A stretch of 64,000 nucleotides of DNA from an uncultured Myxococcales bacterium (GCA_964454165.1 CAYVQJ010000100.1:7594-71593); one strand, 5' to 3'; numbered from the stretch's first letter, positions 1 to 8,573 are shown. The notes: generated from the letters alone by a model not told the origin. Numbers and translations: made by a program.

Positions 1-2
1 AC

Positions 3-1883
3 TTCGGCGACGGCCACATCCATGCGATGGTGCTTTCCCTTGCGATGGCGGAGCTCGACGAGGGTATCGCGCGCGCCCAGACCGCAGCCGGCGCCTTCGA
101 CGCGAGTTGTAGCTCCGTTACGGGTCCGGTCATTGTCAGCGGCAGAGTCGCCCGGATCGACGACGCGCTGCACACCATCGTGCTCGAGACCGGCGGGACC
201 TACGCACTGACTTCGGGAACGACGCGCGGACCCTTCACGTCGGGCCAGATCATCGACCTCTCGGGCACGGGTCTGGGCGGCGCGATCGGGATCGCGACCG
301 AGGTCGCGGGAGACGAGTTGATTTCCGGAAACCCCGGGCCACTCGGGGTCGACTGTATGTCGCTTCGCGTGGCTCCGGTCCAGGCCTTTGCGCCGTTCGT
401 GATGAGCCCACCCACGTACCATCACTTGACGTCTTACGAGACCAGCGAGGGAGTGATCGAGCTCGAGGACGGCATGCGCTTCGCGACCGTCCGGGGGTCC
501 TGCCCTGGATCCAGCAGTTATCCAAGCTACCTGCGCTACACGATGCGGATCATGATCAACGGCCTGCCGGTCGCGGACGAATTGCTTCCCTCCGATCCTC
601 CGGTTTTCATCCCGCCGAACATTCCCCGCAACACGCTGCGCACGATGGACGTGGCCGTACAGAAGCAAGTCTGCATCTACGCACCGGGCAACGACCCCTG
701 CGGACCGATCACCGACCTGCGCACGGAAACCCACACCGTGCGCATCCGCGCGAAGGGCGCCCACTGCGTTGCTGACTACGAGGACCGAGCCCTCAGTCTG
801 GAAGACAACGACCTCGTCGGCTACGCGACGACGCGAGTGGTCGGGACGATCGTGGACTCCAACGTGATACCGGGGTCCACCGGTCCCGTCTTCCGTGCCG
901 AGAGCTGCCTTGCCATTCCGGGCGCGACCAGCTGCAGTAGCGGCACCATCGTCACGACGTACGAGAACCAGCCCTTCCGCCTCTACAACCACGACTTCTA
1001 TCCGCTGTACGGGCCCAGCAACTGGTTTCACCACTATCAGTCGGAGCAGAAGTACGGCGTCGGTACGGCCGCGGGACTGCGCTGGCCGCGGGTGCAGGGC
1101 ACCCGGAGCGCCAGGCCCTTCTGGTACAGCTGCGGAATCCCGCAAGTGACGCGCGACGTCGTCGACTTCTGTCCATCGCCGCCCGACAGCTACTACCGCT
1201 ACCCGCTTTATCCGGGTGGAGTCAACGACCCGCGCGGCTGGACCGTCGGCTCCGGCAACGGGACGTCGAGCCCAGGCCACGCGGGAGATCAGTTCTATGC
1301 CTGGGACATCACCGCCGCGCTCGGCTCCAGCATCCTCGCCGCGCGACCCGGACTGGTCACGCTGCTACGGGAGAGCGCGACCGACTTCTCCAGCACGATC
1401 GACGGGCTGATCGAGAGCGACGAGTGCTACAAGAGGCTCCCCGCGTGTTTCGATTCGCTGGGAACCGGAACGTGCGCCTCGAACAGTGACTGCACCTCTC
1501 CGAGGGTCTGCCAGTCCGGCAAGTGTGTCACCGACGCCGACGTGACGATCTGCACGGGCTTCTATCCCTGCGATCTCGGCAACTACCTGTGGGTTCGCCA
1601 CCAGGATGGCACCTTCGGCATCTACTTCCACATGCGTCAGAACGGCGTGCTGGTGCAGCTAGGCGACATCGTTCGCCGCTCGAACCCCATCGGCGAAGTC
1701 GGAGACACCGGATACTCGACGCAGGAGCACCTGCACTTCCAGTCCCATTCGATCCCCGACGCGTTCAGCGTTCTGAGCGTCTTCCAGCAGTCGAGCGAAG
1801 TCGCAGCCCCGGACAACATCTGCCACCTGCCGTTGAACGGCGAACGGCTCCCGTCGAGCAATCATCCGAACGACTTCTATTGA
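3..1883 (+). CDS. M23 (LytM-type) peptidase-domain protein with Cys-rich insert; 5' end probably outside window
   Basis: Frame stays open from the window edge through the M at 27. C-terminal AWDITAALGSSILAARPG ... WVRHQDGTFGIYFHM ... GEVGDTGYSTQEHLHFQ fits the Peptidase_M23 core (HxH = H-L-H). Confidence 0.6.
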   Translation, partial: FGDGHIHAMVLSLAMAELDEGIARAQTAAGAFDASCSSVTGPVIVSGRVARIDDALHTIVLETGGTYALTSGTTRGPFTSGQIIDLSGTGLGGAIGIATEVAGDELISGNPGPLGVDCMSLRVAPVQAFAPFVMSPPTYHHLTSYETSEGVIELEDGMRFATVRGSCPGSSSYPSYLRYTMRIMINGLPVADELLPSDPPVFIPPNIPRNTLRTMDVAVQKQVCIYAPGNDPCGPITDLRTETHTVRIRAKGAHCVADYEDRALSLEDNDLVGYATTRVVGTIVDSNVIPGSTGPVFRAESCLAIPGATSCSSGTIVTTYENQPFRLYNHDFYPLYGPSNWFHHYQSEQKYGVGTAAGLRWPRVQGTRSARPFWYSCGIPQVTRDVVDFCPSPPDSYYRYPLYPGGVNDPRGWTVGSGNGTSSPGHAGDQFYAWDITAALGSSILAARPGLVTLLRESATDFSSTIDGLIESDECYKRLPACFDSLGTGTCASNSDCTSPRVCQSGKCVTDADVTICTGFYPCDLGNYLWVRHQDGTFGIYFHMRQNGVLVQLGDIVRRSNPIGEVGDTGYSTQEHLHFQSHSIPDAFSVLSVFQQSSEVAAPDNICHLPLNGERLPSSNHPNDFY

Positions 1884-1899
1884 GCGGAGCCACACCGAA

Positions 1900-2262
1900 C
1901 GCCGGGCCGCCAGTTCTGCTCCTGGGTGGTCGCCATTGGGCGCTTCCTTCTCTCCTAGCTACCGCGCGAGGCCGTCCCGGCTCGACGAGCTGCCGCCGAC
2001 GCCCGCGGCGGTACGCCGAACGTGATCGTGCCGGCCTTGGACGCGGACGTCGTCTGAGGACGAGACCGACCCCGCGTAGCCCGCGCGTCGCGTGCATCAT
2101 AGGGCCCGCCGGTGCCCTCCGTTGACCAGAAACCCTCTTACCAGAACCCGAAACCGCGCTTGAATGTCCTATTCCCGCTGCGCTCGCGGCCGGCTTCGTG
2201 CCGGCCTGGCTCGAGGTGTTCTCGATCGCCCAACCGCTCGGGTGAGCTCGGGCGGCTCCTCT
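1900..2262 (-). pseudogene. collapsed remnant of a second beta-lactamase-family serine hydrolase copy
   Basis: 2192..2231 is 36/40 identical to 3320..3359. Out-of-frame scraps such as R-G-F-G-F-W-stop resemble RGLGFWLN of the neighbouring gene. No intact ORF. Confidence 0.35.
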
Positions 2263-2264
2263 GG

Positions 2265-3369
2265 CTAGAGATCGCGGTAGAGCGCGGCGACCGCCGCGTC
2301 GCTGAAGGTCGGCAGCAGACTGAGCTGGCTGCGCACGAAGCCCACCGAGACCCGGCGCACGGGGTCGGCGAATCCGATCTGTCCTCCCGCTCCGCCGTGG
2401 CCGAAGGCCTCGTCGTGGGGACCCATGCGGTTGCCGAGCGTGCCGGGCAGGCGATTGAGCCAGAACCCGAGCCCGCGACTCACCGGAAGTCCGAGCACCA
2501 CGTCCATCTCCGTGCGGCGCTCGCGCGCGAAGCGCTCGATCGACGCCGGCGAGCAGAGGCGCCGTCCCTCGAGCGCGCCCCCGAGCGCGAGCGCGGCGTA
2601 CATGCGCGCAACGCCACGCGCGGTGGCCGTGCCGTTGCTGGCCGGAACCTCGGCTGCGCGGAACTCGGGGTTGTTCGACAGCTCGGCGACCACGTCGAGC
2701 ACGCTCTTGCCGTCGCGCGCCACGAACGCCCGACCCGTGACGGTCGCGGCATCGCGCGCGTTCTCGAACAGCGGCTCGACCAATGCGCGCACCGCCGGCG
2801 GCAGTGCGCCCAGATCGAAGCCGATCACGCGCGCCACCGGCGTCTCGCCGGGCGTGCCGATCTCGAGCTCGAGCCCGAACGGGAGCGCGATCTCCTTGCG
2901 GAAGAAGCTCCCCAGACTCTGGCCCGGGATGCGGCGCAGCAGCTCGCCCCAAAGCCAGCCGCAGGTGAGCGCGTGGTAGCCGTGGCGCGTGCCGGGCTCC
3001 CAGTCCAGCTCCGCGCGCGCGAGCCGCCGCGAGAGCTCCTCCGTGTCACCCCAGCCTGTCCCGTCCCAGAGCAGGAGGTCGTGATGTCGCGGAACGGACA
3101 CGGCGCCGGCCGAGTGATCGAGCAGCTGCGCGACCGTGACCGCGCCCTTTCCCGACGCTCGATACTCCGGCAGACACCGTGCGCTCGGGATCGAGCTCGC
3201 CCCGGTCGACGAGGAGCAGCATGCAGAGCGCGGCTGCTCCCTTGGTGGAGGACATCAGCACGCCGCGCGTGTCGCGCTGCCACGGGCTTCCGGGCGCCGC
3301 CTCGCCCCGCGACGGGATCGGCTTCGTCCCGACCTGGCTCGAGGTCTTCTCGGTCGCCCTACCGTCCAC
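2265..3369 (-). pseudogene. beta-lactamase/EstB-family serine hydrolase, frameshifted near 3177 and N-terminally truncated
   Basis: The SxxK motif (MSSTKGAAALCMLLLVDRGELD) is in ORF 3046..3369. The continuation CLPEYRASGKGAVTVAQLLDHSAGAVS... is in another frame and joins ORF 2265..3101 (GHGGAGGQIGFADP). An in-frame TAG lies 4 codons upstream of the first codon. Confidence 0.6.
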
Positions 3370-3423
3370 CTGACCTGACTAGAATGCGGAGAGCGGGTGC
3401 GAGGGGACTCGAAAGGGGCGCAC

Positions 3424-4245
3424 ATGATCTCCGGTACGAGTGTCTATCTGCGCGTGCACGTCAGTCTGCTGCTGGCCTCGCTGCTCTTTGCGACGCCGGC
3501 AGCGGCCGACGGGGTGATCGAGATCAACCAGGCGAAGGCGCTCGCGGGTGGCGTCACTCCTGGCGACATCGCGGGGTTCCCCGTCACGATCAGCCAGGCG
3601 GGCTCGTACCGGCTCACCAGCAACCTCGACCGCAGCGGCGTGGCGCTCTCGACTCACGCGATCGCGATCACGGCCGCCGACGTGACGCTCGACCTCGCCG
3701 GATTCGCGATCCTCGGCGCCGCGGTGTGCAGCGGCTTCCCGGTCTCGGCGTGTACGAACACGGGGACGGGCGACGGCATCGCATCGTTCAACGTCGAGAA
3801 CGTGACGGTCCGCAACGGCAGCGTGCGCGGAATGCCGCGCTCGGGCGTGCGCATCACCGGACAGCACTCCGTGGTCGAGCGCGTGCGCGCGCTGAGCAAC
3901 GGTATGCACGGGATCGAGGTCTTGGAGGGGCTCGTCGTGGACTGCGAGGGCACGCAGAACTTCGGAGACGGCATCAGCTCCTACGGGACGGTGCAGCGCA
4001 GCCTCGTGTACGCCAACCGCTCGGACGGAATCGCAGTCGCCAGCGGGCACGTCGTGAGCTGCAAGGCGACCTCGAACGGCGGGTTCGGGCTGCAGACCTT
4101 CAACACGCCGTCGGCGTACGGGCTGAACATGTTCATCTGCAACAACAACGCGGGGCAGTGCAGCGACGGCGTGCAGGTGAGCCACCCCCTGACCGCCGTC
4201 CAGATCGGCCTGAACCAGTGCGGCTGGGACACGAACTGCGACTGA
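3424..4245 (+). CDS. secreted right-handed beta-helix repeat protein (paralog A)
   Basis: Signal peptide MISGTSVYLRVHVSLLLASLLFATPAAA. The mature N-terminus DGVIEINQAKALAGGVTPGD..SYRLTSNL is shared with 20822..21628. G/N/V-rich periodic repeats follow. Confidence 0.6.
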   Translation: MISGTSVYLRVHVSLLLASLLFATPAAADGVIEINQAKALAGGVTPGDIAGFPVTISQAGSYRLTSNLDRSGVALSTHAIAITAADVTLDLAGFAILGAAVCSGFPVSACTNTGTGDGIASFNVENVTVRNGSVRGMPRSGVRITGQHSVVERVRALSNGMHGIEVLEGLVVDCEGTQNFGDGISSYGTVQRSLVYANRSDGIAVASGHVVSCKATSNGGFGLQTFNTPSAYGLNMFICNNNAGQCSDGVQVSHPLTAVQIGLNQCGWDTNCD

Positions 4246-4280
4246 GCGACGCCTGCTTGCGCGGCTCGTCCCGCGCGGCT

Positions 4281-4519
4281 CTAGCCGCCTACGCCCGCGA
4301 CTTCGCCGAGGAGGTCGAGGTCTCCGAGGTCGGTCGTCAGGGTGAAATTCAGGCCCGAGCGGAGCGTGTGCTCGTCCCAGAGGAAGGGAAGGTCAGGCAG
4401 ATGTCGAGATCGACGGTCACGCGGCTCGAGCCGCGCAGCACCATCGCGACGCCTCCGATCACCACGAAGTCGACGCGCGCGTCCGAGAGGAGCTGCAGCA
4501 GCTTGTCGAGATCAGCCAC
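4281..4519 (-). pseudogene. nucleotidyltransferase-fold (MNT/AbiEii-like) protein fragment, frameshifted and C-terminally truncated
   Basis: VADLDKLLQLLSDARVDFVVIGGVAMVLRGSSRVTVDLDICL is followed, in a shifted frame, by DLPFLWDEHTLRSGLNFTLTTDLGDLDLLGEVAGVGG-stop. The usual C-terminal half is absent. Confidence 0.4.
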
Positions 4520-4722
4520 GCCGCGCCTGCTCCATGACGCGCAGCATCTGCTGCATGCGGCGCAGGCGCTCCGTGGGCGTGCGCCGCAGGTTCTCCTCGA
4601 TCAACGTCCCGTCGACCCCGGAGTCGATCAACGCGAAGATGCGCTCGTCCCAGGGCGGGACCGCTTCGGGGTCGGAGCAGCTCGGCTCCTCTCGCGGACC
4701 CTCGCGCTCTGACCGACTCACC
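4512..4722 (-). CDS. small protein, upstream partner of the NTase fragment (antitoxin-like); start uncertain (GTG 4722 or ATG 4802)
   Basis: C-terminal WDERIFALIDSGVDGTLIEENLRRTPTERLRRMQQMLRVMEQARRG. Its stop overlaps the GTG of the downstream NTase fragment by 8 nt (GTGGCTGA). Confidence 0.35.
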
Positions 4723-4800
4723 GTTTCGAGTCTGACCGCGAGACCGCGTCGCTGCAAGGCAGCGCCGTGGTATGAAGAGGCGACCCGAAGGAGGACGGCC

Positions 4801-5679
4801 ATGCCCGAACGAACGGTGCGCGCGAACGGGATCGAGATCTGGTGCGAGGACTTCGGCAGGCGCAGCGATCCGACGCTGCTCCTCGTGATGGGCGCGGGCG
4901 GGCAGGGGATCCTGTGGCCCGACGAGTTCTGTCGGGAGCTCGCGTCGGCCGGCCGCTACGTGATCCGCTACGACAACCGCGACACCGGCCAGTCCACCTG
5001 CGTCGATTTCGCGAAGCAGCCCTACACGGTCTCCGACATGGCGCGCGACGGGATCGAGCTCCTCGACGCGCTCGGGGTCGAGCGCGCGCACGTCGCCGGC
5101 GCGTCGATGGGCGGGATGATCGCGCAGACCCTGGCGATCGAGCACGGTGCGCGGGTGCGCACGCTGACGTCGATCATGTCGACGCCGCTCGCGGGCTCGG
5201 AGCTCATGGGGACGTTCGCGGGCCAGCCGGGGCCGCTCCCCGGTCCCGAGCCGAAGGTGCTCGAGCTGTTCGCCAAGCAGGCGGCGAACCCGCCGCGCAC
5301 GCGCGACGAGCGCATCGCGGCGAGCACCGAGATGTGGCGCGTGCTCTCGGGCTCCGCGTCGGGCTCTTTCGACGAGGCGAGCGTGCGCGCGCGCGCGGCG
5401 CGCGTCTTCGCGCGCGCCCGCAATCCCGACGCTGCGCAGAATCACCAGCTCGCGATCGCCGCGTCGGCGGATCGCCTCGATGGGCTGCGCAAGCTCGCGA
5501 TCCCGACCCTCGTGATCCACGGCGACGAGGACCCGATCCTGCCGCCGCCGCACGGCCGCGCGACAGCCGACGCGATCCCCGGCGCGCGCTTCCTCTCGAT
5601 CCACGGCATGGGCCACGACCTCGGCCCGGCGCACACCAAGCGCGTCGCCGAGGCTCTCCTCGAGCACACCGCCCGCTAG
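4801..5679 (+). CDS. alpha/beta hydrolase
   Basis: MPERTVRANGIEIWCEDFG..LLLVMGAGG, nucleophile elbow GASMGGMIAQ, C-terminal IHGDEDPILP..GMGHDL. Confidence 0.8.
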   Translation: MPERTVRANGIEIWCEDFGRRSDPTLLLVMGAGGQGILWPDEFCRELASAGRYVIRYDNRDTGQSTCVDFAKQPYTVSDMARDGIELLDALGVERAHVAGASMGGMIAQTLAIEHGARVRTLTSIMSTPLAGSELMGTFAGQPGPLPGPEPKVLELFAKQAANPPRTRDERIAASTEMWRVLSGSASGSFDEASVRARAARVFARARNPDAAQNHQLAIAASADRLDGLRKLAIPTLVIHGDEDPILPPPHGRATADAIPGARFLSIHGMGHDLGPAHTKRVAEALLEHTAR

Positions 5680-5726
5680 AGTACCGGTCCGTTCGAGAGC
5701 CAATGCGCCTCTGAATTGCGGCCCTA

Positions 5727-6878
5727 CTACGGTGCTCTCGAGGCGAACTCTTGGAGTGACAACTGAAGGCCGGCCTGCCTGATTATCTTCTGCAGAGTAC
5801 CTGGTCGCAGATCACCCGGATGCCGAGGCACGGGAAAGCGATGGCCATGAGGATTCTGCCAGATCTCATGGCCCCCGGCCTGCCGCACCATCGTGCATCC
5901 AGCGAGCTTACGCAACCGTTGGGCAACCTCTGGATAGCGAAGGTAGTAACGTGTGCGAATCCGTGTTGCTAGCGGTGAACCCGCGCGGATCGCATAGTTA
6001 ACGCGGCTGTACACTCGGCTCATCCCCGAGAATGCATGAGGAAATGAGTGCCATGCTCTCGCACCACGTCGAGGAATAGCCGGAAGTGCGAAACTGTGAT
6101 TGTCCTCCGCGAAGTCAGAGCGCGACGAAGCGAATGCCGATCTGCGGATGAAGTTGAGAGCTTGGTTGTAACCTGGAGGCGACGCCTTGATGTACGCACC
6201 TAGGGCCGCTAGCGCCGCCCGTTCCTTGACAGTGTTTCGTGGCCTTCGAAAGGCACGCCCCTGCACCTTCGAGTATCCGTGCGCGGACGCCAGCGCTTCC
6301 TCGGTGGAATTCTGAGCGTTCACCTGAGAGCGATACAACCGATCAAAGCCCGTCCGATAGAGGGGTACCCGATGCGTGATCTCGAGGCGAGTCGCGAATG
6401 ACTCAACAAGGTGATGAAATGACTCGTGTCCATAGGCAAAAATGCGCGCTGAAACAAATGATTCCGGGAGTGTCAGCGCGCCAGAAGAATGAGTACAAAT
6501 GAAGCGCGCTAGCCACTGGATGCCTTCGACTATTAGGTAGATACCCCACCAGGTAGGGTTAAAATGGTGGAATGGAAGGTAGAACGCAAGGCAATCAGGC
6601 GGCGGGGCGTAGGCTTGAGAGTTGTACGAGGTGGGCGACCCCGGAAAACGACTGGATCCGAAGTCAGGGACGATGATCTCCGAAGTTCGCGGACCGTCGG
6701 CTATGCCGGTTCTGTCCATCTCATCAGCGAAGATCATCTCGAAGTCCTCGGGTCTGGCTCCTTCCGGATCATCGACGCGAACGATGGTCCAATCGTCCTC
6801 CCAAGTTGATGGGAGGCGCTGATCGTCAAACAAATCAGGAAGTTCTTGGCGCAGATCTGAGAGATCGTCGATGGCCAT
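5727..6878 (-). CDS. 383-aa fusion protein: acidic N-terminus + HExxH (ImmA/IrrE-like) region + C-terminal HicA-like toxin domain
   Basis: GGAG lies 7 nt upstream of the ATG. ARIFAYGHESFHHLVE is followed by STEEALASAHGY. The C-terminus GGHEIWQNPHGHRFPVPRHPGDLRPGTLQKIIRQAGL fits the HicA/YcfA pattern. GC is clearly lower than the flanks. Confidence 0.7.
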   Translation of the reverse strand: MAIDDLSDLRQELPDLFDDQRLPSTWEDDWTIVRVDDPEGARPEDFEMIFADEMDRTGIADGPRTSEIIVPDFGSSRFPGSPTSYNSQAYAPPPDCLAFYLPFHHFNPTWWGIYLIVEGIQWLARFICTHSSGALTLPESFVSARIFAYGHESFHHLVESFATRLEITHRVPLYRTGFDRLYRSQVNAQNSTEEALASAHGYSKVQGRAFRRPRNTVKERAALAALGAYIKASPPGYNQALNFIRRSAFASSRSDFAEDNHSFALPAIPRRGARAWHSFPHAFSGMSRVYSRVNYAIRAGSPLATRIRTRYYLRYPEVAQRLRKLAGCTMVRQAGGHEIWQNPHGHRFPVPRHPGDLRPGTLQKIIRQAGLQLSLQEFASRAP

Positions 6879-6920
6879 TGACTAGCTCCAAACCGGATGC
6901 TGATGCGAGGCTTAGGATCG

Positions 6921-8573
6921 CTAGCGCGTGAGCCACTGGAACTTCTGGGGCTTGCGGTCCGCGCGCGGGTTGATCATCACGTTGACGATCGTGGGGCGCG
7001 GCTCGGCGAGGGCTTCCTTCAGTGCGGGGCCGAGCTCTGCCGGCTTGGTCACGAAGAAGCCGCGGCCGCCGAATGCCTCGATGATCTTGTCGTAGCGCGC
7101 GCGCGGCGTGTACACCGAGACGGGGACGCGCGCGGGGTCGATCTCGTCCACTCCGCCGCCGATGCCGTTGTTGTTGATCACGATGAACGTGATCGGGAGC
7201 TGGTAGCGGCACGCGGTCTCGACCTCCATGCCGCTGAAGCCGAACGCGCTGTCGCCCTCGACGGCGACGACCTTCTTGTCTGGATGCACCGCGGCGGCGG
7301 CGATTGCGAAGCCGAGGCCGACGCCCATGGTGCCGAACGTGCCGGCGTCCAGGCGGTGGCGCGGCTCGAAGTTGGGCAGCACCTGGCGCCCGATGTCCAT
7401 GGTGTTAGCGCCTTCGGAGGCGATGATCGCATCGCGCGGCAGCAGGTCCTTGATCTCGCGAAGCACGCGGTAGTAGTTCATCGGCGTCGAGTCGTCGGTG
7501 GACATGGCCTCGACCGACTGGCGGTTCTTCTCGATCTCCTGCCCGAGCGACGCCCGCCACGGCGTTTCGGACGCGTAGCTCCACGGCTTGCTCTCGAGCG
7601 CGCGCCCGAGCTGGGTCAGCACGGCGCTCGCGTCGCCGACCAGCGCAACCTCGGCGGGCACGTTGGTGCCGATCTCCTCGGCCGACACGTCGAGCTGGAT
7701 CACGCGCACACCCTTCGCGAAGCGCGGCGGCAGGCCGAAGTGCAGGATCCAGTTCAGGCGAGCGCCGACGGTGAAGACGAGATCGGCGTTCGAGAGCGCG
7801 TAGGAGCGGGCGGGCGCGACCGAGAGCGGGTGGTCGTCGGGGACGACGCCCTTGCCCATCGGCGACGCCAGGAACGGCAGCCTGGTGCGCTCGACGAAGG
7901 CGCGCACCTCGCGCTCGGCGCGCGCGTAGGCCGCGCCCTTGCCGATGATCAGGAGGGGCCGCTCGGCGGAGCGCAGGGCGGCGAGCGCGCGCTCGATCGC
8001 GGCGGGATCCGCCTGCGCGCGCGGCGGCTCGGCGCAGCGCGGCCGCCAGTCGATCTTGTCTTCGTCGAGCTGCGCCGTGATCACGTCGTTCGGCAGGTCC
8101 AGGTAGACAGCGCCGGGTCGGCCGTAGATCGACGTGCGCACGGCCTGCTCCACGTAGTACGGCACGCGGTCCGCCCGATCGGGACGGGCGGCGTACTTGG
8201 TGAACGGCCGCGCAGCCTCGACCTGCGGCGCCTCCTGGAACGCGCCCATCCCGTTCTGATAGGAGTCGTTGGCGCCGCCGAGCAGGAGCATCGGCCAGCA
8301 GTTGGACCACGCGTTGGCCAGGCCCGCGATCGCGTGGATCATCCCCGGGCCCGAGACGGCGAGGCATGCGCCGGGCCGGCCGGTCAGGTAGCCGACGGCG
8401 CCGGCAGCGTAGCTCGCGGACTGCTCGTTCCGGAAGCCGAAGTACTTGATCCCCTCGCGCTGCGCCGCGATCGCGATCGGCACCACCGGAAAGCCGACGA
8501 CGCCGAACATGTAGTCCACGCCCTGCTGCTTGAGACTGCGCGCGATGATCGTTGCGCCGCTCTGCTGCGCCAT
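6921..8573 (-). CDS. TPP-dependent oxalyl-CoA decarboxylase / 2-hydroxyacyl-CoA lyase family enzyme
   Basis: N-terminal GATIIARSLKQQGVDYMFGVVGFPV. TPP motif GDSAFGFSGMEVETACRYQLPITFIVINNNG. C-terminal NPRADRKPQKFQWLTR. Confidence 0.85.
   Translation of the reverse strand: MAQQSGATIIARSLKQQGVDYMFGVVGFPVVPIAIAAQREGIKYFGFRNEQSASYAAGAVGYLTGRPGACLAVSGPGMIHAIAGLANAWSNCWPMLLLGGANDSYQNGMGAFQEAPQVEAARPFTKYAARPDRADRVPYYVEQAVRTSIYGRPGAVYLDLPNDVITAQLDEDKIDWRPRCAEPPRAQADPAAIERALAALRSAERPLLIIGKGAAYARAEREVRAFVERTRLPFLASPMGKGVVPDDHPLSVAPARSYALSNADLVFTVGARLNWILHFGLPPRFAKGVRVIQLDVSAEEIGTNVPAEVALVGDASAVLTQLGRALESKPWSYASETPWRASLGQEIEKNRQSVEAMSTDDSTPMNYYRVLREIKDLLPRDAIIASEGANTMDIGRQVLPNFEPRHRLDAGTFGTMGVGLGFAIAAAAVHPDKKVVAVEGDSAFGFSGMEVETACRYQLPITFIVINNNGIGGGVDEIDPARVPVSVYTPRARYDKIIEAFGGRGFFVTKPAELGPALKEALAEPRPTIVNVMINPRADRKPQKFQWLTR

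Noticed and set aside
2112-4712. Very long ORFs in the track, such as 2112..4712 (866 aa). Others are 6897..8930, 26460..29153, 29197..31497, 30815..33217 and 37570..39837.
   Set aside because: They are Arg/Ala/Pro/Gly-rich low-complexity translations lying antisense or out of frame to genes with clear family motifs. Long stop-free frames are expected by chance at ~70% GC.
5680-6920. Mobile-element boundaries (integrase, tRNA target, flanking direct or inverted repeats) for the low-GC island.
   Set aside because: None are visible by eye in 5680..5726 or 6879..6920. The island is therefore reported as compositional only, not as a defined mobile element.
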